This document shows, piece by piece, positions 26,901 to 42,016 of a DNA stretch of 64,000 nucleotides (positions within the stretch are counted from its first letter, which is position 1; each line of letters starts with the position of its first letter). Below the pieces are notes generated by a model. That model saw only the letters and a program-made list of their open reading frames with translations. It was not told the DNA's origin and ran no database searches. Made by a program: the position numbers and the translations under genes. Source of the DNA: Cycas panzhihuaensis (taxonomy: Eukaryota; Plantae; Cycadophyta); contig CM041465.1 of assembly GCA_023213395.1 (NCBI GenBank), positions 154,573,741 to 154,637,740 of the forward strand. Direction: 5' to 3'.

Positions 26901-29900
26901 GCCTTTGAGTTGGAAGAAGAAGCTTGTTACACAAAGAATCAAGATCCCTCTCACAATAGAGGAAATAATCAAGCAAGAGGAAGAGGAAGAAACATGAGAA
27001 ATCATCCACAAGATCAACTAAACCCTTAGTCAAAACCTCGACAATCACAAGGCTAAGGGCTATCTCAACCAAAAATAAGACAATCAAGCCAAACTAGTAG
27101 CCCTTCAGGGACTAACAATCAAACTATTATGTGTGATCAATAAAACTATAAAAGACACTTTACAAAAGACTGTAGAATTGCTACTTATAAGTTGGCCAAG
27201 TTCTAACCAAAATATGGAGGGAAGAATATTGAAGAAACTTGTGAAAAATCATTTAGTGGTACAGGTTTTATACAAATACACTTTAGAAAATTGAGGGATC
27301 TTCAACATCAAATGCCATTAACCAACTACAAAGATACTTTGAAGCTCGATGTGGATATAACACTTGTGAATTCCTTTCACTAATGCCAAGCCTTATTGGA
27401 ATTACAAATAGTATTACTTCAATTGATGAGCAATGGTTTATGGGCATAAGAGTGACTTAACATATGACATGCAATCGTAGTCTATATCAAATATTTGACT
27501 TACATATTCAAGGAGTTATTCACATGGTTGATAAATCACAATAACCTATTAAAGGAATTAGTAACATTCCCCTGAAACTCCTAGGCTTAAGAGATTTTAC
27601 ATCATTTGATATCTTATATATATCCAATCTTAAATAAAACCTACTCTCCTTATCTGCACTTGTCTCCTATGGATTTAATTTGAGTGTAACCTTGAATAAC
27701 CAAACTCTCAAGTTCATTCACCCTCTAACTGATTAAGTGGTCTTAGCTAGACATCTCACTGGTAAATTCTTTCAACTAAATGGCTCTCTATCTTCTAAAT
27801 CCCATTATGCCTAAAACCCTTATGTTGATGAAGAATTTACATTTAATACCATCTTGACCCACCTAATATTATCACCAGAAGATCTTTGACATGTTTACAT
27901 AGGCCATATTTACATCGATAGAGATCTTTGTAACACTCTTTCAAGTCTTCCAATGTTCTCCTCTAAGCCTTTCAAATGTACAGCTTGTATCATTGTCAAA
28001 TCTCATTGATAACCCTTTCCTAAAAGTTTGTAGAAATCAATCCATCTATTACAATTAATACACTCTAATCTATGCAGACCAATGCATTTTCCTTTATTGA
28101 AGGACAAGTTATATTACATCTCTTTTATTGATAATTTTAATAGAAAAGTACGGGTAGCTTTTTTACACAAGAAAGATAAAGCCTTCCATGTATTTAAAGA
28201 ATTCAAAGCCCATACTAAAAAAGAGTCAAGTTATCAACTTAAATGCCTTTGAACTAATAATGGTAGTAAATATACCTTACATGAGTTTAAAAGCTACCCT
28301 GAAGATAATGGTATTAAATATTAAATAACAGTAGTAGGTACTCCACAATAAAATAGAGTTGCTAAGTGCATGAATAGGACAATTAGAAATATGGCTTAAG
28401 CAATGTTGCTATACAAAAATTTACCCACCTACCTTTGAACCAAAGCCATCTAGATAGTTATTTATTATATTAATGTTGTTATCCCATCAAAGGAATGATA
28501 ATCACCTCATGAAAATTGGTCAGGATAAGCCCCTATTATTTACTACTTCAAAATTTATGACTCTACATGTTATGCTTACATTCTAGATGTAGATCAAAAT
28601 AAACTATGGCCAAGGGCACTTAAAGGCATATTTTTCAGAAGCCCTATGGACAAGAAAAAGTATAAGGTCTTTATACCTTTATAATAAAAAATCATTATTA
28701 GCAGAGATGCCACTTTTATAGAGACAGAGGAACAATTGCTTAGACTAAACTCCAAAACACCCTCATGCCACTATAATGATGTTATCAAGTATGATGTTTA
28801 AATTCTAAAATTTGTAGGTAGGGAACACACATAAATTGCTCCACATATTAGAAGCTAATAATAGAGCTTTGAAGGATATAAGTTGTGACTCTCAACCAAT
28901 GAGTGTACATCTAGCACCATCCTTTAAAGATAACATAGTTAACAAAGGCAAAGCTATTATAGAAGAATCATCCTCTCCACCTTTAGTTAACAAAGGCAAA
29001 ATAGTGGTAGAAGGACCATCTTCTCTACGTACATCAACATCCTCCTCATAAAATGAACATTTTAATAAACAACATGAGAACTAAGAAGTTAAGAAAATAA
29101 GAATCTCATTCCCAACACGAGGATCTTATGAAAACTTCCAACTTAACAAGGACATATAACCAAATAAGGTGGGAAAAACTAGTACCCAAAGTGCCCATAC
29201 ATAAAAGATATAAGAATCATTATATGTTGAGCTTAAACTAACATAACTGCACCTTACTCTTAATGAAGAGCCTCTCTCATATTAGGAAGTTATAGAATAT
29301 ATAGTTTGGAGAAATGTAATAAATAAAAATACTAATCTCTTATAAAAAATAGTACATGGGAGCTTGTTGATCTACCACTTAGTAGCAAGGTAGTTTAAAA
29401 TAAATGGGTGTTCAAAAATAAATATAGATTAGATGGCACCCTTAAAAAATATAAGACAAGGTTGGTAGCTAAAGGATTCATATAAAGGGAAAGTATTAAC
29501 TACATTGAAGTCTTTACACCTATAACCAAGTGGCCTATAATTAAAACTCTTATGGTCTTAGCTGCTCAACAAGGCTAGAAAATCCACCATCTTGATATTA
29601 AGACCATATTTCTCAATGGGAATCTTAAAGAAGAAATTTACATGGCTTAATTAGAAGGATATAAGATTGAAGGTCAAAAGCATAAGATTTATAGGCTCAA
29701 AAAGTCCTTATACATCCTTAAATAAGCCTCCTGTGCTTAGTTTACTAAGTTGTTTAAAAGAATAAGGTGACCTGGATATGAGGTTTGTGACTACCAACAT
29801 ATTAATGCAAAATTATTTATCAAATGGAAAAAGGATGACATGCTAGTAATGGGTAACAGTGAATGGGCAATAAGCTATCTGAAAACGGATCTCAATAAAA

Positions 29901-31537
29901 TATTTAAATTGTTTGACCTCAGATTAATGAAATATTACTTAGGAATTGAAGTAATATAAAAGAATGGAAAAACTTTCCTCTCACAAAAAAAATACATCAA
30001 CGGTCTTCTAACCAAATTTCAATTAGAAGATGCTTGACAATTAGCTATACCTATGGAACCTAATACCAACCTCTCATCTTATGGTAATACTAGGGAGGTA
30101 GATGCAACATTCTATAAGAAACTTGTAGGTAAACTCATCTATACTACTAATATAAGACCAAATATTACATACTTTATTAGTATTCTTGCATGATACATGG
30201 AAAATCCTAAGCAAAATTACTTCTAGGCTGTAGTTCAAGTGTTAAAATACCTAAAGATGACTAGAAAATTTGGTCTATTATGTGAACCTAATAATGAATT
30301 TAATCTTTTTATATATACAAACTTAGAATTTACAGGAGATAAAGATATATAAAGATTTATATTTGGGTATGTTATATTTCTTAGAACAACACCAACATCA
30401 TAGAGATCTAGATGGTAGAAGATAGTTGTTGATTCAACTATCGAAGTTGAATACATTACTACTTTTGACACTAGTAAGAAGGTGATATGGCTTAGAAAAT
30501 TATTGGAAACATTGAATATCATCCAAACAAGTCCTACTAGCTTTTGTGTAGATAATTAATCAGCAATCCACATGGGAAAAAATCTTGTATTTCTTAATCA
30601 TACTAAATACATAAGTATTGAAGTCCATAAGATTAAAGAACTAGTTCATGATGATATAATTCAACTAGAGTACTGCTTCACAATAGATCAAGTGGTTGGT
30701 ATCTTTACTAAACCACTACAAAAGGTGAAGTTTAAACAGTTCCAAAGGCAACTCAACCTTAGAGCCTCCATCTTCGATTGATCAAAAAATATAGCAATAG
30801 GATCATTATACTCGATTTTATTCATAAAAATCCCTTTGGGCACAAAAAAATAAGAGTGACTCTTTGCTCTATCCTATTTATGAAAACCTCATGAAGGCAT
30901 AGAAGGATAAGGATTGTACTAGTTTTTAAAAATTATAACTTGTGAAAAGCTAAAATGGCATAGAGGATGACTAGATGGTATATGAAGACTTAACAAATCA
31001 AACTGTACATTTAAATTGCTTAGCTATCAGGCTACATCAAGAGCCACCTTAACCATTTTGATTTATAAAAGGGGCTATAAATCTTAGAAATTATATAGGC
31101 TTTTATTCCCTATGAGGATTTTCCCATAAAAGTGTCATTTAGAATTTCAATGTAATAATGAGGCTCAAATAAAGACCTCATAGAATAGTTTTTCTTAAAA
31201 TAACCTTCCACTATTAGGGGGGATTAAAAGAGGTTAATATATTAAGGTCATTTGTGTGGATTAATTAAGTGACCTTAGGGTATATTGTTAACATTAGTCT
31301 CTTAGTGAAATATATTTTATATGTATTTAGATGTAATTTTGAGTTCATATCATTAGGTCAGAGAATCCTAACCCTAATGCTCACCTTCAATAATAAAAGG
31401 TGAAATCTCAAGGAGGGAGACATTATTTATTCTCACCTCCAAGCTTTGCTCTCACATATTATTTTCATCTCTTCTTTATTCTCCACTGATATTGTGTGCA
31501 TGTAAGTGATTTATTTCCTAGATCCATCCTTCCTTCA
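23977..31537 (+). mobile_element. Ty1/Copia LTR retrotransposon D, nested in the leader of G2
   Basis: LTRs 23977-24289 and 31225-31537. PBS TAGTATCAGAG from 24292. PPT AGGGGGG at 31216-31222. TSD TTAAT/TTCAT. RNase H fragment KNLVFLNHTKYISIEVHKIKELV. Confidence 0.93.
26280..30781 (+). pseudogene. D gag-pol remnant
   Basis: Zinc-knuckle remnant near 27130, LQLIHSNLCRPM (integrase), KYKTRLVAKGF and HLDIKTIFLNG (RT), RNase H ORF 30572-30781. Confidence 0.88.
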
Positions 31538-32309
31538 TTCATAGCATAGTAAGTAGTAATATAATATACATTAGTAGAGTATAATAGCTTTGCTTATTCA
31601 TGTTTAAACTTTTAATAAAAAAATCTTAATTTAACATCTATTGAGTCTACTCCCTATCCTCAACCCTCTCTAAAAATATAAAAAAGAAGTTTGCATAGTC
31701 ATTGAAGCAAATACTTCTCTATTTCTAATAAAACCTATGCTATTAGACTTGTGAGAAAACAAAAGCCCATGATAAAATATTTCACTTTATTAATTCATGC
31801 ATCTTATTTTGATCAACACAATGCACTGATCGATTTATACTAAGTGAGTGTTAGCAATAATTTTTGGCAAAAATCACCTATATAGTGCCCATGGGCCCCA
31901 TTGCCAAAAATTTTTACTTCCACCTAATATATACCACTATGATGAGTTTTCTACACTCGTTCCAATTCAATAAGTGGTTCTCTTACCTTTTTTCTTAAGG
32001 TTGACAGGTTGTCAACACCTTGACTCATATCTTTCCCTTTCTCTTCTCTTAAATATAAATCATACTTCTTTTAAATTATTCTATCTATCTAACCTCACTT
32101 CGATACATTCCCTTATATATTACTAATCCTATTTTCTTATATTCCCTTCTTCTTAATTTTTTCCTACTTCCTTTACTCCTTTTCTTCTACATAATAGCTC
32201 CTCACTTTCAACTAGAATGCATCACTCACTTGGAAACTTAGTTTTTGGATTTTTAAAGAGAAGTTAATGCAAACATCCCCTCTTTTATATCTAAATTAGA
32301 TCTCATGCC

Positions 32310-34759
32310 ACTAATGAACCAAATAGTTAAGTGGACAACACAATCATAATGTCTAACTCTTAGTCATCAATCAATACTCCTATAATATAACATTCAAGTA
32401 ACTCTCTTCCATGTTAGTTATAACTTCATCATAAGATTAGATCTTAATAGAGATAGAACTTATATATAGATAGGTAAACTTGAATTCTACTTCTCCCTTA
32501 ATCTAATAACTAAAGATGAACTACTAGTATTTGTATCCATTTATATAGAAGGTCAAGCTCATCATTAGTATCATTTGTGGTGCAAAGATAACCCAAATAA
32601 CATAATGTTATTAAGCTTTACTTCATGTTTTTTTGATTAGTATGATGAAACATGGCATTGATCCTTCTTGAATCAATCTATAAGATTGAAGTAGGTGTCC
32701 TCAATTGAAACTTATACAAATGAGTTCCAATCCCCATAGAATGATGTCACTTAAAGTCTAGACAGATAAATTTAGATAAACACATATATTACTGGCTTAA
32801 AAATACACATCCCAATATGCCTAAGAACTATATAAATCTCCACTTTCAAAGAAGCAATATAAAAGTCTAAAGTAGTTGAGGTAGAATTTGTAGTAAAAAA
32901 AGATCCTCTCTCTAATAAGACACTACATGGCTATATCATTCATAATAAGTTGAATTTCCTTACCAATAACCCTAAGCAGTTGACTCTCAAGGACATACAA
33001 CATAATGACTTGCCAAAGAACCCACCAATAAGCAAATCCAAGTCCCACCAGTAGAGGCACACTAATATATCATGGCTAGCCTCTATATCTAATACTCAAA
33101 AAAGTGGATACCCAAATATTATAAAGTTTATAAAGCTAAGAATATGGTCTTAACAATAAATCATAGCTTGTCCTAAAAAGACGACTCTAACTCTGAGTCG
33201 AAATTGGATAAAGAACCCATTTTAGAGCCTTCCTCAATATCATAAACTAAAATCTCCTTACCCACAGTAGTTTCCTATTCTTGTCCTGAACCATTATACA
33301 TAAAAGGAATACTAGAGAAAATGCTAATTAGTATTTTGATAAGTGATGGTTTATTACTAAACTTCATTGATATTTTTAGCTAGGTAATTAGACTTATACA
33401 TTGTACTATAAATTGGATTCACATGTTTTTTACCTAGTTATTATAAACTTTATTATGTTCGAACCATCAAGAACCTCATTGTCTAAATTAGAACTTATAA
33501 ATTAATATCTAATTTTTATGCCATTTTAATTAGAGGATAAAATATTATTCTTAGAGTCCATTGGCTCCAAACATTAGGTATACACAACATGAACAACTTC
33601 CCTACCAACCCATTTATCTCATTCAAAGGCTAGATGGGACAAACCTATAAACTCAATGAAATACAACCCCCTCTTAACAAACTAATTTTCCCAAATCAAA
33701 TAAAGAAAAGATTAAGTAGCCAATAATATCCAATCCTTAAAAAATATTCACCCTAACATCTAACACATCATAAATAAATATCAAGTCATTTTTTCCCTCT
33801 TGTCAATTATCCCCCTACTCAATCATGGGTGTTACCACACCATTAAGTTGAAATATCCCCATGACCTCATCAATCTCCATTCTTATAAAAATTCATAGTT
33901 TCAAAAGAATGAGATTAAAAAAATTATAAATGAGCTAATAGAAAATTGGATAATTCAAAAGGTCTTATATTGCCTATATTCTATTAGTTCGGAAAAAGGA
34001 TGGTTCATTTAGGCTATGTGCCAATTACTAGGAACTAACTAAACTAACTATAAAAAATAAGTTCCTTATAGCTAAGATCAATGATATGTTTTTTGATATC
34101 TATGATACCATAGTCTTTATCAATTTGTATCTTTAATTTAGATATTATCAAATCCTAATTAGACTAAAAGATCATCATAAAATTGTCTTTTATACCAATC
34201 ATGGATACTTTGAATTTTATGTCATGCCTTTTGGCTTATATAATACCCCAACCCTATCTTATTTCCTTATGAATAAGATTTGTAGTCCTTACCTTAGGAA
34301 AGTTGCTATTATTTTCTTTAATAACATGCTTATTTATAACACTAACATGACTACTTGCATGCACCACTTAAAGATAGTCTTAAAAATCTTGGGTAAATAC
34401 CAATTATATACTAATCTTTCCAAGTGTAAATTTGGCAAGTATAAACTCTAATACCTTAGCTACATTATTTTTGTAGAATGTGTTCAAGTTAACCTTAACA
34501 AAATAATAGTTATTATAAACTATCCAATACTAAAAAACCTTATCTAGTTATGTGCATTCTTAGGACCCACTAGATTTTATAGGTAATTTATCTATAATTA
34601 CACAACCTTGAGTACACCATTAACTAATATACTCTAAAAATATTCTTTCCAATGGTCACCTATAACTAATGATGCTTTTACCTACTTTAAATAAGTTATA
34701 TCCTCTACTCTAGTGTTGGCCACTTTAGACTTCTTTTAACCATTCCAACTAGAATATGA
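32310..34759 (+). pseudogene. G2 gag, protease and RT
   Basis: RKKDGSFRLCANY and MPFGLYNTPT..FFNNMLIY..KCKFG (Gypsy RT). The RNase H start FQLEYD is cut by E. Confidence 0.9.
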
Positions 34760-37700
34760 TATGAGAATAATAGGATTTAAATATATGTACCCTAATTCAA
34801 GTATAGTGATCAAAATATTGACAAGAATTCAATAAAATAAGAAACTAAGCAATAAATATGAGCATGCAAAGGTATGGGTGAATTTAACACATTATAGGCT
34901 CTCTTTCGGGTAGAGCTTCCACTTTAATTAAAATCTAATATAAACTACAAAGGTACAGGGTAATATTTATGGCCATCTGTCAAGATTACAAGGCATTGGG
35001 ATAAGCCAACTTAATGGCACAAGAGGTGGACCTAACCTCACTATCCAATGTGATTTAATTTTATAAAAGAGTTATTTTATACAATATAAATATTAGCATA
35101 TAAAGGTATGAAGAAATGAAGGAGATATTATAGAGATTTAACACCCTCCCTTAATAGAAACTTCATTTCTTTAGACGCCGAGGTCAAATCTAAACCATTC
35201 AAACTTCAATTTACTAAGTGCTTTAATGAAGATGTTTGCAACCTGGTCTTCAGTAGGATGGTAGATGAGATCAACTTATCTATTTTAGACATGCTCACGG
35301 ATGAAGTGATGGTGGACCTTAATGAGCTTGGTTCCAGCATAGAATATAGGATTCTTCATCATCTTCAACACACTTTAATTATCACAGTACATGATAGTTC
35401 GTGAAGTCTTTTGAAGTGCAAGCTCAATGAGAATACTTATGAGCCAAATAAACTCAGTTGTAGCATGGACAACTTTATATTCTACTTCAATGGAGGAAAG
35501 AGCAACAGTGGGTTACTTTTTATAACTCTATGAGATTTTAGCTAAGTTCATATAAAAATAATAACCTAAAGTTGGATGATGTGTATCCTCTAGAGTAAGT
35601 GATTTAATCTTATTATACTCAAGGCCAAATTGATGAGTGCCACAAATATATTTGAGGATCCTGGTGGCTTCTTTCCAATGAGATGCTTTGGGGTATGACA
35701 TATACTTAGGGTAGATCCCTACTGCATAGGAAATATCTGGGCGAGTGTGAGTAAGATAAAAGAGACTCCTAACTAACTACCAATACATAGTAAGATCAAA
35801 AGGTTTTCCTTGTTCATCTAGGTTTAACTTGGTTCCTATCTCCATAGGAATTAGTGCAAGCTTACATTATGTCATCTTGAATCTTTCTAAGAGTTAATTG
35901 ATATACTTGGTCTGAGTCAGGAGGATATGTCCTGGTTCTTATCAAACTTCAATTCCAAGGAAGTAATGAAGCAAGTCAAGGTCAGTCATCTCAAAATTGC
36001 TCTTCAACTCTAATTGGAGTAAAGAAATTCCATTTATATCATTGCTAGTGATAGTAAGATCGTCCACAAAAAATACAATGATAGTGATCAAATTATCTTT
36101 AACCAAAATATAGAGATCAGGGTCAGAGGGTGAATGATTAAATCTATGCTGAGTGAGAAATGTATCTATCTTTGTATACCAGGCATGTGGTGCCTACTTG
36201 AGTCCATAAAGGGCTTTCTTGAGTCTACAAACTAACTGTTCTTATCCTAAATAGCATAGATTAGGGGTTGTTTCAAGAAAATCTCTTCTTTGAGCTCTCT
36301 ATTAAGGAAAGCACTCTTCAGATCCATTTGGTAGATAGGCCATCTAAATTGGGCTGCTAGGGATATAACCAAATGGAATGTGGTCATGTTAGATACTGGT
36401 AAAAAGGTCTCATCATAGTCAATCCCCTCCTATAGTTTGAAACCTCTTATAATAAGGCAAACTTTATGATACTCTACAATGCTATCTATATGGAACTTTA
36501 TATTGTACAACCATCTACAATTAATTACTTTCTTCCTAGGTGGTAATTTAGTTAGCTCCCGAGTATCATTTTTTAAGATGGAATTCATCTCTTCATCCAT
36601 AGTTACTTTCTATATTTAGTCTTTGACTGCCACATCAAACATGGAAGGCTCAAGAGTTTTAATAACACATGCCATGAGGGAAAATTTTATGGAGTTTCTC
36701 ATCCTCGAAGGTCTCTTTGTAACTGTGGGAGGAAAAGGAGCATCCTTTAAAATCTATTATACCCACTCAGGAGGTGGGTAAAAGCTGGTGGCTTCCACCT
36801 GAAGGTTATCAATTAAAATAGGAGGAAAATTTATACTTACCTGAGTGGATGATAAAGAAATTGTTGGAATTGATAATGGATTAGGAGTGTATGAGTAAGC
36901 TGGTACAAGTGGCTCTAAAGTTTGTCCAAGGGTCACTTGTGTCACACCAACTTCATATTCTACTACAATCTGATGTGGAGGAGGTGTCAGTACATGTGGT
37001 TCTTCTATAAAGATTACATCTCATGTTATGTAAGCTTGGTTACCAACTAAATCAAAAACTTTGTAGGCTTTACAACCAGGTACATAGCCAAGGAAGATGC
37101 ACTTAAGGCAAATGGTTTTTGACTTAACCAAGCTTCTTCGGGAGTAATGTTCCTAACCACAACTGTGGGACTTATGTTGGTTAGGTAAGCTGTTGTGGCA
37201 ATGGTATTAGCCTAAAATCTAGTGGTAAGGTTGGTTGCATTAAGCATGGCTTTCTCTTTATTGATCAATATCTGATTCATCCTTTCAACTACATTATTCT
37301 ATTAGGGTGTATGAGGAGTAGAAAATTGATGCAAGATGCCATGTTCTTTGCAAAAGTTATTGAACTAGTTTGAAATGTATTCACCACCATTATCAGATCT
37401 AAGGGTCTTGATTCTCATCCCACTTTTATTTTTAGGAGTAGCTTTAAACTCTTTGAATCTGTTTAGGGCTTGATATTTGTTTCTCAAGATGTAGACCCAT
37501 ACTTTCCTTGAGAAGTCATATATCAAAGTAATGAAATACCAGCTACCATTGAGAGATTGGGTGGACATAGGGCCACAAATATTAGAATGTACCAACTCTA
37601 ATAGTTATCAACCTCTCCATACATTCTTAGAAGGGAATGTTTCTCTTTATTGCTTTCCCTTTAGGCATGCCTCACATATGTTTCAATATCTCTTAATTTT

Positions 37701-40700
37701 GGGTAGGTCATATACCATTTTGAGCCTATACATGAGGTTTAAGCTTTGCATATTCAAATGACGTAAGTGTTGATATCATAGGTGGTCTTTAGATCTATTT
37801 GTGGTCACTTCATCTTTTGAGTGGGAGTATTTTCCTAATTCATGTATGGAAGAGGACTCTTCCTTAATTGTGTCCTTCCTCTTATCACATTGAGCTATGT
37901 TAGCCATTGAGTAGGATTTATGTTAAGGAGTTGTGGTAAGAGGGACTCCATCTAGCCTATATAAGCCACCATCTTTATGTCTTGTAGCCACAAGTTTGCT
38001 TATATCATGGTCTATAATTCTACAAATACCCTAACTAAAGAGGACATCTAAGTTTTACTTATCTATTTGACTGATGGAAAGTAGGTTCATCTTCATACCA
38101 GGTACAAGGAACATATTACTGATGTGGTACCTAATGTTAGAGTCCTTCAATGTGATTGGTACCCTACCAATTTTGGTCACATTATAAGTCATATTCTACA
38201 AAACATATATGATCGTTTGAGTGTTGATTAGTTGGGTCTCTTCCAACATGTTTTTAGAGCTTGTCATGTGTCTTGTTGCATCAGAATTAAGAAGCCATGT
38301 TATCTCATCAAGATGAGAGGATAATATTGTAAGAAATAGGGTATGGGAGCAGGAGTCTTGACCATATTCCACATTGAGACATTATTGTTGACTATATTAT
38401 TGGTTCCTTTGATTCATATTTGAGAACCATTACCTATTTTAAGGTTTTTGACCTTGTGTGGGCCTTGGATTCCAATTCAATTGATAGAATTAGCCTTAAG
38501 GTTGATATGATGCCCCCTCTTGTGGGTAGAAAGGGCCTCCTTATTATTGAACTAGACTACCATATTGATAATAAAGGCCTCCTTCTTATGGAAAGGGGTC
38601 TCCTTGAGGAGGGCATGATTCTCCTTGTTGATAAGAAGCTTCTTATCTTTATTGATTATAACTAGGGCCTCCTTGATGGTATGAAGGTGCTCCTTGTTAA
38701 TAAATAGGGGGTGGTTGTTAATAGACTGGTTCATATGCTTAGCTCCACTGGGTTTGTAAGAGTTATAAATTAGCTTATCTTCTCCTACATCCAATAGCTA
38801 TATGTCTAAATTTTCCATAGTAGAGACATGTTACATTCTGTTTACCCTACTAATTCTTTTAAGACTTTCCCTATGGTTGATGTTATAATTGTTGAGGCTA
38901 CTGATTTAGATAGGAGGAGGAGGAGGTTCCAACAAGATGTTACTGAGTTGGCTGCTAATATGACTCTTATGATATAGAGAGAGAGTCCAAGAGTTGAGCT
39001 AGGTCTTCTTGCTGACAAAGCTGTTGGGATACTCTATTAGCAATCTTGCCCTTTTCTAAGTTTTAAGCTGCAAAGGTAGAAGTTAAGTCAGATGTCGATG
39101 TCATCCCTAGTCGATTGAGAATATTTTCCTCTTGAAGCAAGATCCCCTTAAAGGTTATGAAGTCCATCTTAGAGTAGTTGTTGTGTAACTTAGAGAGAAA
39201 GGAGCTATATTCAATGGGTAAAATGTTTATAATGCTTGAGATTAGATCATGGTGAGATGGTGATTCACTAAGGATAATCAATTGGTTTCTAATAGTTTTA
39301 GCTTTGATTAAATGATTTGTAATGTTTCTAGTGAAAGGCATGATAAGTAGGTGAGCCTTAAAGGTAAAATACCTAGATTCGTCCTTCCTCTCATAGAGTG
39401 AACAAACTATGATCCAAGCTTCATTTAAGCATTATGTTGTTTTAATTTTTGATCCACTTGGTCTTCAACTGCCAAGTAAAGGAAGGATAATGCTATATTA
39501 TCCTTAGTTTTAAAGTTGGCTAAGGCTATATGATCAGATGGAATAGTTTTAGTAGGATCACTAGGATCTTGAGTGGGATTATGCATGGGTATATCCCCAT
39601 TAATGTAGGCCCAATGTTCATTCATGATAAGCAAGTTTTTGACTTACTTTTTCCATGGTATAAAGTTATTAGTACCATTGAGTTTGATATTATTGGAAAA
39701 AAACATTTATAATACCATGTCTAGAAGGTTTTTTTGTATTTGATATTTTATTTAATTCTTTTTTTGTGTGTGATGAGGGACTAATCTACCTAAGTGACTT
39801 CTAACCTAGGATTCTAAGGTAAAGGGTCTTTAGGAAAGCTCTCAGTTGCTATCCTATCTAATAGCACCTACCCATAAGTGGAAAACCAGGGACCCATTAT
39901 ACCAGTATATGAGCTCAAGGGCTCGATATACATTAATATGTGGGATGCTAAGAAGGTCCTAAGACCCCTCTAATTTGTTTTCCCACTTGCATCAGGCTTA
40001 TACCAAACGATAGATCTAGCGGTAAGAATTTACTAACCAAGGCACTCACCCGCTTAGGTCTAGCCTAGTCTCCAAACTCTAAAAGATAGGGTCTCCTCCT
40101 TAGCCTCCTACCTATTATACCTTATAACCAATGACGTTCCTCATCCAATATGAGTAGGCTAAGGGCGTGTACGCAGTGGTAACTTCAGGGGTCCTAATCA
40201 TTCCCCTTATAAGGCTAGTTATCTTTTTTATATGAAATTTTAATTTTTTAAGCGAGTTTCTTACACACAAGAGGTTCTTTTTAAAGAAATAAATGAAATA
40301 AAAAGGAAATAAAATAAATTAAAATGAGAAGCATATGTTTGAAATGCTCTTGATGGGCCAAGCTTTGAGAGTTAACTTCTTCAACCTTCTAGGAGTAACA
40401 CCTACATATGAGACATCACCAAGCACTTATTAGCCTTAAAAATTAGAATTAAATAGCTAAAAATGATAAGCCACAACCTAATCTAGTAAAAGAACCTTAA
40501 GAAAACTGGAAAATGCCTTCAAATCTTGAAAAATAAGGCTCAAATAACTCAAACATAAGGGTCAACTTGAATAGATAATATCTCTACTAAATCAACTCCA
40601 AATCTATATTAATTTAATTCTAAGCTCTAAATTAGCTTCCTAGTTCTTTAAACAGTTTGAAAAATATACACATGATTGAGGAGATATCGTAGAAACAATA

Positions 40701-42016
40701 TAGGTACCTTTTTATGTCTAAAATCAAATGAAAAATGGGGTTAAGCCCCCTTCAGATTGGCCCTTGCTCACCTGTAGACCCCATGTGACCACCTGTTTAT
40801 GATGCTAGGGGGTTGAAATATGTGAAACGTTATCCAAAGAAGTTTATAACTTTTTCACAATAAAAAAAGATTAAATCTAGTTCATTTAGGCTTGAAGTCT
40901 ACCCTTTAGTCAAAGGAAAAAGGTCATATGCAGCCTTAATATGATCAAATGGAGGGGCTAAAGTGGATCATAATGTAATATAAATCTAATTTAATATTAT
41001 TTCACTAAAGTGACAAATCATAGGATTAAAAAAATAAAAAATTTCAATGTTTGGAGGTAGCACGACATGAACGTGGGGTGTGCAAGCATTGTGGATGATT
41101 AATGAGCTTGATGGCACCCCAAACAGTCATCAAATATCATGAAATTTTAGGGGGAGGGGTGCACAAACTAGATGGAGCTAATAGAATAAACAAGTCTAAA
41201 AAAGATGCTCTATAAAGGTCACACAAAGCTGCCAAAGTTACAGATCCTACGTAGGCCCTACAATGAAGAATGAAGCCAAAAATAGCCAAATAACTCTAGA
41301 AAACTCCTTTGTTAGACACTAGAAATGGATGTGAGGCTACTAAAAACCCCACTAATTCTCTAGCAAGTAAAAAACATTAATAATAGTTGTAACAAGTAAA
41401 AAATGTGATTTTTCATATGTTTTCTTCAATAAAATTGAGTAAAACCCAAAATGGATGTAAATGAGCTTCAAAATATATTATAGGAGGCTAAAATCTCTTG
41501 CAACTAGCTATGTATGAGCTCCATCACTACATAAAACCTCAAATTTTCCATAAGACATGAAGAAAATAGAGTAAAATAAATTTAAAATCACCAAAATACT
41601 CTAAAATTAGGTACACTCTTGCTCTAATACCATGTGAGAATAACATGATCTAAATACATATACCTTGATTCAAGTATAGTGATAAAAATATTGATAAGAA
41701 TTCAATAAAACAAGAAAATAAGCAACAAATATGAGCATGCAAAGGTATGGATGAATTCACCACACCATAGGCTCTCTCTCAGGCAAAGCTTCCACATTAA
41801 TCAGAATCCAATATGAAGTACAAAGGTGTGGGGTAATATTTATAGCCATTCACAAAGATTACAAGGCATTAGAATAGGCTGACTTAATGGCATAAGAGGT
41901 GGACCTGACCTCACTATCCAATGTGATTTAATTACATAAAAGGGTCCTTTTGTACAATATGAACATTAGGATATAAAGGTATAAAGAAATGAAGGAGATA
42001 TTATAGAGTTTTAATA
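34760..42016 (-). mobile_element. Ty1/Copia LTR retrotransposon E, same family as B, nested in RNase H of G2
   Basis: 384 bp LTRs at 34760-35143 and 41633-42016. Perfect TSD TATGA. PBS revcomp GCTCTAATACCA at 41621-41632. PPT revcomp CCCTCCCTT from 35144. Gag and integrase fragments are homologous to B. Confidence 0.96.
35165..39718 (-). pseudogene. E gag-pol remnant
   Basis: ORFs 39425-39634 and 39063-39341 (gag), 37365-37595 (VHSNICGPM..LRSDNGGEY, integrase core). Confidence 0.93.
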
